Origin: a virus
Taxonomy: Duplodnaviria > Caudoviricetes
Strand: one strand, 5' to 3'
IMG/VR virus record: IMGVR_UViG_3300007735_000754
Coordinates: 1-53,586 of that record
Length of the DNA: 53,586 nt
Within the stretch, counting starts at the first letter, position 1. Each line of letters opens with the position of its first letter. Below, piece by piece: positions 1-10,439 of the stretch. The notes below the pieces were generated by a model. It did not search any database, had not been told where the DNA came from, and saw only the letters and a list, made by a program, of their open reading frames with translations. The position numbers were made by a program, and so were the translations under genes.

Positions 1-2
1 AA

Positions 3-569
3 CTCCAGAATAAACCCGTAGAACTGGTAGCGGATGCATTCTTGAAGGCATGGGAGATGAGACCCATCCGTGCCGAACCGCTTTATCATCTTTCCTGCGT
101 TTACAGAAAGCACAACAGACATGCGGCAGCATTCATGGCTGCTATGTTGGCTCTTTCCATTCCCAAGCCACAGGGAGACATTCTCTTCGTTGATAATGAT
201 CCTTATAAGTGGGGCATTCTGGACGAGATCGTTTCTACAGCACATAGCGTAGGAAAATTCCATCTTGGGCTTCAGGCAGCAGATCGTTTGTTGAACGAAT
301 CCCTTGTTCCGCCAGACCAGATTGAGAGAGTACAGAAGAATCGCCAGTCCTATTATACAAAGGTATTGGAGATTCAGGCTCACATGGCAGAACAGCAAAA
401 AGCGCAATTAGAAGCGCAAAATAAAGTTCAGCAAAAGGTAATTCCTGCTACAACTTTAAACCTAAGTAATGCTGCGGTTACTATGGCGCCAAAGCCCCAA
501 GTTTATGGAGCAGAAGCACCAAAGCCACAAAGTAAACAAAAATCTTTCAAGAAAAAGTCTAAAAGGTAA
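3..569 (+). CDS. C-terminal part of a TPR-like protein, probably a glycosyltransferase-TPR fusion (truncated by window edge)
   Basis: Frame is open from the window start. RPIRAEPLYHL...ILFVD..Y.W..LDE resembles the TPR tail of phage GT2-TPR proteins. Confidence 0.5.
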   Translation, partial: LQNKPVELVADAFLKAWEMRPIRAEPLYHLSCVYRKHNRHAAAFMAAMLALSIPKPQGDILFVDNDPYKWGILDEIVSTAHSVGKFHLGLQAADRLLNESLVPPDQIERVQKNRQSYYTKVLEIQAHMAEQQKAQLEAQNKVQQKVIPATTLNLSNAAVTMAPKPQVYGAEAPKPQSKQKSFKKKSKR

Positions 570-605
570 TCTCTTTCTAGCGGCTAAATATTATACTTAG
601 CCACC

Positions 606-2630
606 ATGAAAGTTAAAAAAGATTCATTAAAATTAATCGGAGAGTGTCCACAATTGGTTGTGGGCTCCGATTATTTTTTAATTGAAAGAGTATTAAATCC
701 TATAAAGATAAAAATAGGCCATGGGTTAAGTAAGCTTCAATTGGAAGATTCATCTGGTCGCCAGTTTGTTTTGGAGGGCAATCAGGGCAGTATTTTATCG
801 CTATTCAAGCACAATAATCTGTACAATCTTGTTAAATCTAAAACATACACTTTAACTTCCTCGGTTGGAAACTTAGCAGAAGGCACAGAACTCAAAGAAA
901 TTCCTGCTTCACGTTATGTGGACAGTTCCGTCAATATAGGAGTTGGTATATCTGAAAAGTATTTTGTTGAGAGCCAAACAAACAATATTATAAAATTTGT
1001 TGGAAATTTGAACAAAATAAATGATCTTTTTGAAGAAATAGTTCCTCCTCCAGCCGAACAGCCAAAAACAGTTATAATTGAAAAGGTTGGTCCGATTGGC
1101 CCAAGAGGACTCCAAGGTGACATTGGACCTATGGGCATTCAAGGTTCTATTGGAGAAAGGGGCGAAAAGGGTGAACAAGGAATCCAAGGCGAACGTGGAG
1201 AACAAGGAATCATTGGTCCAATTGGCCCGCAAGGCCATATTGGTGATATTGGGCCTATTGGCCCTATTGGCCCTCAAGGTATACAGGGAATTCAGGGCCC
1301 TAAAGGTGAACGCGGAGAAGAAGGCGAACGTGGCCCGGAAGGCATACAAGGACCACAAGGCACGCAAGGACTGGTTGGCCCAAAAGGACAAAAAGGCGAC
1401 AAAGGAGACAATGGAAGCCAGGGCCCGTCTGGACAAAAAGGTGAAGTGGGCGAAAAAGGTGATCGCGGAGAGAAAGGCGATAGAGGTCCAGAAGGACCGC
1501 AAGGACAAAAAGGCGAAAGAGGACCACAAGGACCTCAAGGATTACAAGGACCACAGGGAGTAAAAGGAGATAAGGGAGAACAGGGATTACAAGGCCCCGA
1601 AGGCAAGTCTCCTGTAGTATCCGCGGAATATCCTCTAAAGCTGTCTGACGGTGTTATAACATTTGATTCTGAACGCCTTACAAAACTATTAGATAAATTT
1701 AAAAACACTGATATCCAAAAGGCCATAGATCAAATGGCAAAAACAATGCCAGCTGGCGGTGGTGCTGTCGGCATTAGGTTTAATGGATCTAAACTTATAA
1801 AATCAGTAAGTGATGTAAATTTTACTGGAGCAGGAGTAACAGTAACACAATATGGAAAAGATGTTACTGTAAACATTGCTGGTGCAGAAGGTGCAGTTAC
1901 AAGTTTAATTGCTGGGCCCGGTATTACATTAAGTCCTTCAACCGGTATTGGTGCGGTTACCGTAACTAATCTTTTGAGCGTAAAAGGAAATGCTGCTGGA
2001 ATAATTCAATTTTCAAATTCTGCACAGACAGATTTGGAAAGTGACAATGCATTTAAATTAAATCAGATTACCAGTGAGCTTCAACTTCCAAAAGGATTGA
2101 TATTAAATTCTACTTCAACATTTGCTGAATCTTTTATACAATTTCAAGACGGAAGTACTCAAGGAACGGCTTCATCAAAATTCTTTTATACCCCAACATC
2201 TCCTTCTGGTGTAACTCAAGGCGACCGTTGGATGGATTCAGACAACGGTATTGAATACGTCTATATTAATGATGGCAATAGTGAGCTATGGGTACAGCCA
2301 ACAAATACTGGAGGCTCTAGCACAACATCAATTTCAATCCTTGCAACTACCGAAGTAACCGGAGCAACATATGCGGCACTTGCATCTGATTATTATATCG
2401 GAGTAAGTTATGCTGGACAAGTAACAATCACTCTTCCAACCAATCCAGAGACCGGAAGAGAATTGGTAGTAAAAGATGAATCTGGAAATGCAGGCAACGG
2501 AGTCAATCGTCAGATCACGATTGTCGGAGCCACTGCAGCACATAAGATCGATAATCAAAGTTCAGCAATAATTAATCTAGACAATGCCGGGTTGCATTTC
2601 ATTTATAGAAATGGATGGAGAATAATATAA
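606..2630 (+). CDS. Collagen-like tail fibre / virion fibre protein
   Basis: About 57 uninterrupted Gly-X-Y triplets, then Gly/Thr-rich beta segments and a GDRWMDSDNG..YVYIND module typical of phage fibres. CTAAATA late promoter at 584-590. Confidence 0.8.
   Translation: MKVKKDSLKLIGECPQLVVGSDYFLIERVLNPIKIKIGHGLSKLQLEDSSGRQFVLEGNQGSILSLFKHNNLYNLVKSKTYTLTSSVGNLAEGTELKEIPASRYVDSSVNIGVGISEKYFVESQTNNIIKFVGNLNKINDLFEEIVPPPAEQPKTVIIEKVGPIGPRGLQGDIGPMGIQGSIGERGEKGEQGIQGERGEQGIIGPIGPQGHIGDIGPIGPIGPQGIQGIQGPKGERGEEGERGPEGIQGPQGTQGLVGPKGQKGDKGDNGSQGPSGQKGEVGEKGDRGEKGDRGPEGPQGQKGERGPQGPQGLQGPQGVKGDKGEQGLQGPEGKSPVVSAEYPLKLSDGVITFDSERLTKLLDKFKNTDIQKAIDQMAKTMPAGGGAVGIRFNGSKLIKSVSDVNFTGAGVTVTQYGKDVTVNIAGAEGAVTSLIAGPGITLSPSTGIGAVTVTNLLSVKGNAAGIIQFSNSAQTDLESDNAFKLNQITSELQLPKGLILNSTSTFAESFIQFQDGSTQGTASSKFFYTPTSPSGVTQGDRWMDSDNGIEYVYINDGNSELWVQPTNTGGSSTTSISILATTEVTGATYAALASDYYIGVSYAGQVTITLPTNPETGRELVVKDESGNAGNGVNRQITIVGATAAHKIDNQSSAIINLDNAGLHFIYRNGWRII
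1089..1604 (+). repeat. Collagen Gly-X-Y triplet repeat
   Basis: Continuous GPx/GEx/GDx triplets in the translation. Confidence 0.95.
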
Positions 2631-3865
2631 TGTCTTACCTATTCAATGATACAGTTGGTTTTAAGGACAATGCGATTGATTCTTTCAATCGTTTAAAGGT
2701 TGCTAATCCGTTTACTATTTTTGATAGCCAACACAGATATCAACCAAATGACAAATGGGATGCATTCGGAGTAACGGGAGGAACTTATTCATATGCTTTA
2801 AATGAAAGTGCCATCAATTTAATTGTTGGTACCACTGCTGGCTCCAAAGTTACAAGAGAAACCAAAAGAGTTTTTCCATATCAGCCCGGTAAATCACTTT
2901 TAGTACTGAGCACCTTTGCTTTTAATCAACCAAAATCAGGATTGAGACAAAGAATTGGATACTTTGGAATTACTGGTGGTGCTACAGCTGGTATTCCATA
3001 TAACGGAATTTATGTAGAACAAAATGGATTGACTTTAAGCATGAATTTAGTGTCTGCTTCTTTAGGAACAACTACAACAGCCAATCAATCTAATTGGAAC
3101 GGTGATCCATTTGATGGAAGTGGACCATCTGGAAGAACACTGGATATAACAAAAACAAATATTTTTTGGACTGATATTGAATGGTTGGGTGTCGGTGACG
3201 TTCGTACTGGTTTCTTTGTTGACGGAAAGCCAGTGATAGCCCACACATTTCATAATGATAATATTCATACAACAACCTACATGACCACTGCATGTCTTCC
3301 GATTCGTTACGAACTTGAAAATTTAACTGGTCAAACAGGAAGCAGTCAATCAAAACAAATTTGCTCTTCAGTAATCTCTGAAGGTGGTTATGAAGGATTT
3401 AGCAGAAGATTCAATATTTCCACAGACGCAACAACAACCACATTGACAAGTGCAGGAACATATTATCCGATTCTTTCAATACGGTTAAATTCAAATAGAT
3501 TAGATTCAATTATAGTTCCATCAAATATTAGTGCTATAGTCGAATCTGCTGGATCATCATGGGTACATTACCGAATAGTCTTGGGTGGAACTTTTACAGG
3601 CACCACTCCAACATGGCAAACTCACTATAATGGAAATGTAGATTATGTTGTACATGTAAACACTACTGGTTTGACCGGGGCAACGGAGGTTATTGGTGGT
3701 TACATAAGTGCAGGTGGAGTTGTAGACATCGGTTCTCAAAATGATTTTAATTTTCAACTAGGAAGAACCCAAAGTGGTGTAAGTGATATTATAACATTGG
3801 TTGCTGGTGGAGTAACACCAAATACAAAATTTGCAGCAGATCTTTCATGGTTTGAAATCGTATAA
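2630..3865 (+). CDS. Virion structural protein (beta-rich, tail-associated)
   Basis: Start ATG overlaps the upstream stop (TAATG). D.F.RL.V..P.T.FDS N-terminal motif recurs in myovirus structural proteins. Lies between fibre genes. Confidence 0.55.
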   Translation: MSYLFNDTVGFKDNAIDSFNRLKVANPFTIFDSQHRYQPNDKWDAFGVTGGTYSYALNESAINLIVGTTAGSKVTRETKRVFPYQPGKSLLVLSTFAFNQPKSGLRQRIGYFGITGGATAGIPYNGIYVEQNGLTLSMNLVSASLGTTTTANQSNWNGDPFDGSGPSGRTLDITKTNIFWTDIEWLGVGDVRTGFFVDGKPVIAHTFHNDNIHTTTYMTTACLPIRYELENLTGQTGSSQSKQICSSVISEGGYEGFSRRFNISTDATTTTLTSAGTYYPILSIRLNSNRLDSIIVPSNISAIVESAGSSWVHYRIVLGGTFTGTTPTWQTHYNGNVDYVVHVNTTGLTGATEVIGGYISAGGVVDIGSQNDFNFQLGRTQSGVSDIITLVAGGVTPNTKFAADLSWFEIV

Positions 3866-3868
3866 ATA
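3861..3868 (+). promoter_or_regulatory. T4-type late promoter TATAAATA
   Basis: Exact gp55 consensus 7 nt before the ATG at 3876. Confidence 0.75.
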
Positions 3869-3875
3869 TTAAGAC

Positions 3876-5387
3876 ATGGCATTAGACTTTCCTACAAATC
3901 CAGCACTAAACGAAATTTACACCTATGGTGGGCGTTCTTGGCAATGGAACGGAACCGCTTGGGATGTTTATAATGCTGCGAGTGGTCTGACGCAATATGT
4001 TTCTCAATTAAATGGCCTTTGTGGTTCTATTAATATTGCTGCTGGAACTTCTATATCCGTAACACCATCTGGCAATACGCTTACAATTGCCTATACAGGT
4101 GGTGGTGGAGGTGGTAACACCGGAGCAACAGGTGCCACTGGTCCTACAGGACCCCAAGGAAACACTGGTGCTACTGGTGTCACTGGATCACAAGGAAATA
4201 CTGGAGCAACTGGTGCTACTGGACCACAAGGAAACACTGGTGCTACTGGTCCAGTTGGTGATTACGTAATTTCATTCAATGGATTGACGGGAGCTGTTAC
4301 TGGTGTAACTCTTGGTGGTGCAGCCTTTACAGGACTGGTATCTTCTACAGTTGGTTTCTCTGGTGCTGCAACAAATCTTACAGGGAATGCCTCGGGATTA
4401 ACTGCTGGAAGTGCTTCTAAAGTTCAAATTTCCGAAGCAGCAGCGACCACTCACTATTTGGCTCTTGCTACTGGTACTGGAAATACTGGAATTTATATTG
4501 ATACATCTGCTCCAAGATGGACTTATATTCCGAGTACAGGAGTATTGAGTACACCTGCAGGAAGTTTAAGTGCTTATGATATAACTGCTGTGGCCACTAT
4601 AATATCTAATAATTATTATCCATATGATAATAATAGTCCAACATATTTTACTTCTTCATTTAATGGTACTGTTAGTTTACCAATTTACATTGGTGATGTA
4701 GATGGCAACGGACACAATACTGTATTTGTTATAAATGACGATTTATCAACTTTTTCATTTCAAAATGATGGATTATTTGCAGGTTCGGTAAACATAAATC
4801 TATCTGGTGGACTAGGATTATATAATTCTGGTCCTTTAAAATTTTATGATATTCAAGAACCACAAGGATATGTTGGATTCCAAGCACCGTCTATTGCAAA
4901 TAATATATTGTGGACACTTCCAGGGTCAGATGGAACTTCAAATCAAGTACTGACCACAAATGGTTCTGGTACTTTGAGTTGGACTAAACCCGTAAACACA
5001 TTAAATGGTCTTTCAGGTGGCGTAACTCTTGCTGCTGGTACTGGCATTACATTTACTGCTTCTTCTGGTACTATAACTTTATCAACTACTGGAAATGGCG
5101 GTGGTATTTCTAGAAGTATATCAACAATTACAGGATCAACTACAGCTTTAGCTGCATCATCTACTGATTATGTCTATGTTGGTAATACATCAGGTAATAT
5201 AAATCTAACTATGCCAACTGCCGTATCAAATACGAATAGATATACTGTAAAACAAAATAATATTGGAATTTTGACACTTCTTACCACATCATCACAGACA
5301 ATTGATGGTGTGACCGGTTATCTTTTGACCAGACAGTATCAAGCAGTTGATTTAATGAGTGATAATTCAAACTGGTTTGTAGTATAA
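3876..5387 (+). CDS. Tail fibre protein with short collagen-like segment
   Basis: MALDFP..P...Y.Y..R.WQWNG N-terminus, GNTGATG repeats, V..LNGL.G.V repeats and [19 protein letters not shown] motif. Confidence 0.75.
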   Translation: MALDFPTNPALNEIYTYGGRSWQWNGTAWDVYNAASGLTQYVSQLNGLCGSINIAAGTSISVTPSGNTLTIAYTGGGGGGNTGATGATGPTGPQGNTGATGVTGSQGNTGATGATGPQGNTGATGPVGDYVISFNGLTGAVTGVTLGGAAFTGLVSSTVGFSGAATNLTGNASGLTAGSASKVQISEAAATTHYLALATGTGNTGIYIDTSAPRWTYIPSTGVLSTPAGSLSAYDITAVATIISNNYYPYDNNSPTYFTSSFNGTVSLPIYIGDVDGNGHNTVFVINDDLSTFSFQNDGLFAGSVNINLSGGLGLYNSGPLKFYDIQEPQGYVGFQAPSIANNILWTLPGSDGTSNQVLTTNGSGTLSWTKPVNTLNGLSGGVTLAAGTGITFTASSGTITLSTTGNGGGISRSISTITGSTTALAASSTDYVYVGNTSGNINLTMPTAVSNTNRYTVKQNNIGILTLLTTSSQTIDGVTGYLLTRQYQAVDLMSDNSNWFVV

Positions 5388-5397
5388 TGAGGTATTT

Positions 5398-6267
5398 ATG
5401 GCACACGGTATACAAAGTAAGAATAGCTATACTTTAAAGCATACTGCAAACACGGATAATCCAAATCAATTGGATACCATGTTTTTTACTGATTTTCATC
5501 AAGGTGCTACTTTAGTTAATACTGTACCGCTAGAGGGTGGAATTTTTTATTTTACTAGTGCAGGTGGTGGAACTATATCAAACAATAATACTGCAATTTT
5601 AACAGCCTTTGGCATAACTGCAGCCTCTGGAACAATTCAACTACAAACTGGCACAACCAGCAATAGTACCGCATCAGTAGCAGTTGTTACCGGAGGAAGC
5701 ACAAATTTAGCTATGCTTCCCGGAATACCAACCCCAACCACTGGCCTTATAACAAAATATGAATGGGAATCTCTAATTCGTACTGGTGCAGCAATTTTTA
5801 ATGGAGGTGCAACATTAGGTGGGGCATTTAGATTTGGAATAATGGATAGCACACAGGGGTCCATATCAAACGGTGTTTATTTTGAATTTTTAAATAATGG
5901 AACAACTAATGATACCACTTTTTGGCTTGTATGGCGAGCAGGAAGCGCACAGGAAAGATTTGATACTACTGTAACTTATGCAGCAAATAAAACATATCGT
6001 CTATACATGAGTGTTGAAGCCAATACTGCAGGAACAATAACCACAACTTATAAAATTAAAAATTTCACAGATAATACAAATACTGAAGGAACAGCTACTC
6101 CTGTGAATACAGCAAGAATACCAACAGCAATTACTGCTTATTGTGCCCCAGTGATAGAAATAAACAAAGATACCAGCGTCACAGCAACCTCAACTGTTTT
6201 AAATTTAGATTATATTGCTTATAGAATAAGAAGGCCAGTTTCCAGAGAAATAATAACAAGTCTTTAA
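5398..6267 (+). CDS. Tail-associated beta-rich protein, paralog 1 of 3
   Basis: Shares N..QLD..FTDF.Q, LPGIPTP...TKYE.E.LIRT and RIRRP.SREI with the next two ORFs. Confidence 0.6.
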   Translation: MAHGIQSKNSYTLKHTANTDNPNQLDTMFFTDFHQGATLVNTVPLEGGIFYFTSAGGGTISNNNTAILTAFGITAASGTIQLQTGTTSNSTASVAVVTGGSTNLAMLPGIPTPTTGLITKYEWESLIRTGAAIFNGGATLGGAFRFGIMDSTQGSISNGVYFEFLNNGTTNDTTFWLVWRAGSAQERFDTTVTYAANKTYRLYMSVEANTAGTITTTYKIKNFTDNTNTEGTATPVNTARIPTAITAYCAPVIEINKDTSVTATSTVLNLDYIAYRIRRPVSREIITSL

Positions 6268-6269
6268 AA

Positions 6270-7145
6270 ATGTCATACGGAATACAACCAACTACAGAAC
6301 ATGTATATTTTGGGTCATCTCAAGGAGAGAATCCAAATCAACTAGATTGGAGATTATTTACAGATTTTAATCAAAATAATATCCCATCTGCAACTATTCC
6401 TACAGAGGGTGCTAATTTTCATTGTGTTACTTCTGCTGGGGGAACAATAACAAATAATTCATCTACATTATTTACTGGTGTTGGTGTTACTTTGTGTTCT
6501 GGTGTAATTTCAGTATCAACGGGGGGAACAAATAATTCAACTGGATATGCAACTGTACAAACTAATGCTTGGATTCTTCCCGGTATTCCTACGCCTTCAG
6601 CGGGGCAAGTTACAAAATATGAATTTGAAACATTAATACGAACAGGCACAGTAATACACAGTGATACTGTTCGTGGTGTTTTTAGACTTGGTTTTTTTGA
6701 TAATACTGGATTTACAGCACCCGGAGATTCTACAGGATATGGTCCGCATTTTAAGTTTTTATGTGACGGCACTACAACCCATACTAAATGGAATGTATAT
6801 TTTGGAGATGGTAGTGCAAACTTTGCAACAGTTGATACTGGTGTGGCAGTATCAATCAATACAACATATCGAATGTACTTGAGCGTTGAAGTAAATAGCG
6901 CAGGTACTTTTACCACAACTTATAAAATAAAAAATATAACAACTGGAACCAATACAGAAGGAATTGCTTCGCCTCCCTCATCGGCATATTATCCAGTATC
7001 AGGTTATACAACATCAATGGGGGCAGGAATTTTTAATGGAAAAAGCAACGTCACGGCAACATTGACGCCAGTTCCAATAACAGTAGATTATATGTTTGTA
7101 AGAATTCGAAGACCTATGAGCAGAGAAATACTTATTTTTTCATAA
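6270..7145 (+). CDS. Tail-associated beta-rich protein, paralog 2 of 3
   Basis: Same motifs as 5398..6267. Confidence 0.6.
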   Translation: MSYGIQPTTEHVYFGSSQGENPNQLDWRLFTDFNQNNIPSATIPTEGANFHCVTSAGGTITNNSSTLFTGVGVTLCSGVISVSTGGTNNSTGYATVQTNAWILPGIPTPSAGQVTKYEFETLIRTGTVIHSDTVRGVFRLGFFDNTGFTAPGDSTGYGPHFKFLCDGTTTHTKWNVYFGDGSANFATVDTGVAVSINTTYRMYLSVEVNSAGTFTTTYKIKNITTGTNTEGIASPPSSAYYPVSGYTTSMGAGIFNGKSNVTATLTPVPITVDYMFVRIRRPMSREILIFS

Positions 7146-7149
7146 TATT

Positions 7150-8010
7150 ATGGCATACAGTACACCTTCAACCAATGATATAGTTTTATGCGCTACAGAA
7201 GAAGCAACAAATATAAGTCAATTAGATCTTATTTGGTTTACTGATTTCAATCAATATGCTGCGCCAAGTACTTCAATTCCAGCTGAAGGAGGAATGTATT
7301 TTGGTAACTCGGCAAACGGAGGTTCCATAACAGTTCCAACATCAACCGCAATTATGACCTCCTTTGGTGGACACACGGCTGCAAATGGAGCGATTCAGTT
7401 GGCAACAGGAACAACAAATAACGCAACAGGGTATGGTTCCATATACAGCCATCAAAATATATTACCTGGAATTCCAACTCCTTCAAATGGATTTGTCACA
7501 AAATATGAATATGAGTGTTTAATTCGAACCACGGGCACCATTCACAGTAATACTGTAAGAGGATCATACGTACTTGGTTTTATTAATGGTATTTCTAATG
7601 CGGCTCAGTCTGATGGTGTGTATTTTGAATTTTTATGTAATGGTATTACAACCGATACAACATGGAAAGTAGTATTTATGAATGCATTATCTGAAAGAAA
7701 TGATACTACTGTAACGGTTTCTGCAAATACAACATATCGAATGTACTTGAGCGTTGAAGTAAATAGCGCAGGAACATATACGACAACTTATAAAATAAAA
7801 AATATGACTACAGGTACAACTACAGAAGGTACCACTTCTCCAACCACAACTGCAAGATATCCTGCTGCGGCTACAGATTATATTGGCGCAGGGATAATAA
7901 ATAGTAAAACAACTACGGCAACAACAACATCTATATCTTTAAATGTAGATTATCTTGGGGTTCGAATCCGCAGACCATTAAGCAGAGAAATTTTAATAGG
8001 AAACATATAA
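7150..8010 (+). CDS. Tail-associated beta-rich protein, paralog 3 of 3
   Basis: Same motifs as 5398..6267. Confidence 0.6.
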   Translation: MAYSTPSTNDIVLCATEEATNISQLDLIWFTDFNQYAAPSTSIPAEGGMYFGNSANGGSITVPTSTAIMTSFGGHTAANGAIQLATGTTNNATGYGSIYSHQNILPGIPTPSNGFVTKYEYECLIRTTGTIHSNTVRGSYVLGFINGISNAAQSDGVYFEFLCNGITTDTTWKVVFMNALSERNDTTVTVSANTTYRMYLSVEVNSAGTYTTTYKIKNMTTGTTTEGTTSPTTTARYPAAATDYIGAGIINSKTTTATTTSISLNVDYLGVRIRRPLSREILIGNI

Positions 8011-8011
8011 T

Positions 8012-8227
8012 ATGGCAAATCCACGACCATTATCAGTAGTAAAAATTTCAAATTCTAATAGCGCAGGTGCAAAAAATTGGGCATTAACTGAAACTGATAG
8101 ATTCATATATTGGGGTGAGATTGCACAAGATCCGACCCGTTGTTATGTTGAAGGATTAAACAATGGTGTAAAAATTGCATGGATGTATCCAGAAGATTTT
8201 GTAGAAGTTGATCCTTTAGATTTTTAA
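8012..8227 (+). CDS. Small hypothetical protein ending the fibre operon (possible chaperone)
   Basis: Starts 1 nt after the previous stop. Function inferred from position only. Confidence 0.5.
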   Translation: MANPRPLSVVKISNSNSAGAKNWALTETDRFIYWGEIAQDPTRCYVEGLNNGVKIAWMYPEDFVEVDPLDF

Positions 8228-8255
8228 TTGACTTGCCTATAATTTGTGATATAAT
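8228..8255 (+). promoter_or_regulatory. Sigma70-type early promoter (TTGACT-N16-TATAAT, extended TG)
   Basis: -10 ends 6 nt before the dUTPase ATG. Confidence 0.75.
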
Positions 8256-8261
8256 ATTCTC

Positions 8262-8783
8262 ATGATTCTTGAATATTTTAAAGATAATCCGTACATCCCA
8301 GATCCAAATTTTCAGACCAAGATGGCAGCGTGTTTTGATCTTGCCGCCTACATTCCAAAGAATGAAAAGGTCAAAGTTTACTCTGGCAAGGAATGCATGG
8401 ATGTCTCCCCAATCTATGACTCCGAGAAAGAAGACTCTTATGTCTGCCTGATGCCCGGAGAAAGGGCTCTAATTCGTACAGGATTGACTTTTAAGCTGCC
8501 CGATGGATATTCCCTCCGTCTACACCCCCGGTCAGGGATGGCCCTTAAATACGGTCTTACGCTGACAAATTGCGAAGGCGTAGTTGACGAAGATTATACC
8601 TACGAGACCAAACTTATCATGATGAATACCAATAGCAAGGAGTCCATCAAAATTTATAATAAAGATCGTGTGGCACAGGCAGAACTAGTTGCATATGAGC
8701 AACCTTTGCTGGCTGAGATTCAAACTCGTCCGACTCTAAAGTCAGACAGGGTTGGTGGGTTTGGTAGTACTGGAGTCAGATGA
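8262..8783 (+). CDS. dut: dUTPase (trimeric)
   Basis: Motifs A.FDL, PRSG, GVVDEDY, RVAQ and R.GGFGSTG. Confidence 0.95.
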   Translation: MILEYFKDNPYIPDPNFQTKMAACFDLAAYIPKNEKVKVYSGKECMDVSPIYDSEKEDSYVCLMPGERALIRTGLTFKLPDGYSLRLHPRSGMALKYGLTLTNCEGVVDEDYTYETKLIMMNTNSKESIKIYNKDRVAQAELVAYEQPLLAEIQTRPTLKSDRVGGFGSTGVR

Positions 8784-9008
8784 TTTCTTTGAGAATTTAA
8801 CTGATTTAAATTCTTTCCAAGCAATCCATATTACGAATACCAACATTCCAATATACCAGAATGACCATTCGGCTGCTTTGTCTGGAGTATTGAAGAAAGA
8901 AGTCTCGGATACGGTATGAATGGGGTTACCTTGTTTGTCCTTTAGGGTTACAAACTCTGGGGAAGTACAAGATGCCAAGAATGCAAGAAGTGGTAGAAGA
9001 TATTTCAT
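8742..9008 (-). CDS. Small lipoprotein with C-terminal TM helix (u-spanin-like architecture)
   Basis: MKYLLPLLAFLASC lipobox and WSFWYIGMLVFVIWIAW TM segment. Last gene of a putative lysis operon. Confidence 0.5.
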   Translation of the reverse strand: MKYLLPLLAFLASCTSPEFVTLKDKQGNPIHTVSETSFFNTPDKAAEWSFWYIGMLVFVIWIAWKEFKSVKFSKKSSDSSTTKPTNPV

Positions 9009-9436
9009 TTATTGCCTCCTGCTGCTGAACCAAAGTAGAATCCTACAACCGCCAAAAGAACTTGGCGGTTTTCTTCTGCCAAGAAGTATCCGGGAACCTC
9101 AACAAAATATCTGCGAGTTGTTTCTGGGATCATGCCAAAAATGCTTGATGGTTGATTTTGTGTATACTCAACAAATGTTGGTATTCCAAAGAATGGAAGT
9201 ACAAAGGGAGCAGCAACTACCGCAAACAAGCAAGCCAATACAATGAGTCTGCGAACATTCTTGCCAACATCGATACCAACACGTTGAGCAGCCTTGTCTT
9301 GGTTGTCTGTGGTCTGGGTATTTGCCTTAAGCATTTGCTCAAATAATTGCTTTTGATCTTCTGCGCGTTGAGCCCAGTATTTGAAAAGAAATCCGGTAAC
9401 TCCACCACCAAGCAATGATATTAGTTGTTCAGTCAT
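9005..9436 (-). CDS. Putative holin / multi-pass membrane protein
   Basis: Three hydrophobic segments and a C-terminal AVVGFYFGS typical of 3TM holin-like phage proteins. Confidence 0.55.
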   Translation of the reverse strand: MTEQLISLLGGGVTGFLFKYWAQRAEDQKQLFEQMLKANTQTTDNQDKAAQRVGIDVGKNVRRLIVLACLFAVVAAPFVLPFFGIPTFVEYTQNQPSSIFGMIPETTRRYFVEVPGYFLAEENRQVLLAVVGFYFGSAAGGNK

Positions 9437-9443
9437 ATAAACC

Positions 9444-10049
9444 TCAATTCTTTTGTCTTGTTAAATCAATTTGTATTGAATTGTGAATATCTTCAAAAAG
9501 TGGAATAAAAGCTTCTTCTTGATCTATAGTAGGTGAATAATCTTTATGCCATTGAACTAATAAAAATCCTACAATTATTCCTTTATTTTTCAAAGGAAGT
9601 GCAGCAAAATGAGAAATGAATTCATCTTCAAAAAAGTGTTTTGTGTGACCATGGTCTTCTAAACTTTCAACAGCATGAATAATAGGTTTATTTTCCATTA
9701 CTACGGTCAAAAGAATAGTAAACAAAGAACAAAGACTGTTTTTAAATTTTAATACTTGCGGATAATAACCTTTATATCCAGACTCATGGGAAACTGAAAA
9801 TTTTCGCATGGATATGCCGTCCATGTAGTATTCACCATTATGAAATTGCATAATGCTTGCACGCATTGCATTAGATTTTACTCTTAATTCAGAAAGACGT
9901 TCATTAATGTCACTGTGTATCTGAATAAAATTGTCACCCTTTAAAGATTTTAAAAATCTACGGACTCCCAGACCAGTTCCTAAAATTCCAGCAATCCACC
10001 ATGCAACGCTTTCTACTGTTCTTGGTACTTCTAAGAATCCTAATGGCAT
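9444..10049 (-). CDS. Putative T-like holin (single N-terminal TM plus GAF-like soluble domain)
   Basis: TM WWIAGILGTGLGV followed by RASIMQFHNG...AALPL....IVGFLLV GAF-like pattern. Late promoter upstream. Confidence 0.5.
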   Translation of the reverse strand: MPLGFLEVPRTVESVAWWIAGILGTGLGVRRFLKSLKGDNFIQIHSDINERLSELRVKSNAMRASIMQFHNGEYYMDGISMRKFSVSHESGYKGYYPQVLKFKNSLCSLFTILLTVVMENKPIIHAVESLEDHGHTKHFFEDEFISHFAALPLKNKGIIVGFLLVQWHKDYSPTIDQEEAFIPLFEDIHNSIQIDLTRQKN

Positions 10050-10068
10050 AAAATCTCCCGTGCTTTAA

Positions 10069-10076
10069 TATTTATA
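10069..10076 (-). promoter_or_regulatory. Late promoter TATAAATA for the putative lysis cassette
   Basis: Exact consensus on the minus strand upstream of 10049. Confidence 0.75.
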
Positions 10077-10078
10077 TA

Positions 10079-10107
10079 TTGACATATCCCTTGAAATATG
10101 TTATAAT
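10079..10107 (+). promoter_or_regulatory. Consensus sigma70 promoter TTGACA-N17-TATAAT
   Basis: Perfect -35/-10 with extended TG. ATG 6 nt downstream. Confidence 0.85.
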
Positions 10108-10113
10108 ACTGCA

Positions 10114-10431
10114 ATGAAAAGAGAAGAATTATTTAAACTCCACGAAGATATTTGCAAAGAGGCATTTGAATTGATGCGTAAAAAGAACAATGATTACGCG
10201 TCTGGTTCCGATCCTTTCATGAACTTCAAAAGAGCGGAATATTTGGGGTTTGCAACAGCAGAATTGGGCGTTTTGATACGAATGACGGATAAGATGTCCA
10301 GAATTTCCACATTCTTGAAAAACGGCGAACTGGCCCTGAGCAACGAAAGTGTATATGACGCACTGGTTGACATGGTAAATTATTCCATTATCTTGGCTGG
10401 ACTGTTGAAGGACCGCGAAGGTAAGGTATAA
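10114..10431 (+). CDS. DUF1599 / nucleotide-modification-associated domain protein
   Basis: KKNNDYA...DPF.NF, R..DK.SRI and D.L.D.VNY motifs. Confidence 0.7.
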   Translation: MKREELFKLHEDICKEAFELMRKKNNDYASGSDPFMNFKRAEYLGFATAELGVLIRMTDKMSRISTFLKNGELALSNESVYDALVDMVNYSIILAGLLKDREGKV

Positions 10432-10439
10432 TATACCAT

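Noticed and set aside
909-1563. Alternative-frame and antisense ORFs over the collagen region
   Set aside because: Shadows of the stop-poor Gly-X-Y repeat.
5398-8010. Diversity-generating retroelement or shufflon acting on the triplicated genes
   Set aside because: No reverse transcriptase or invertase in the window, no A-specific mismatch pattern seen, and all copies are full-length in the same orientation.
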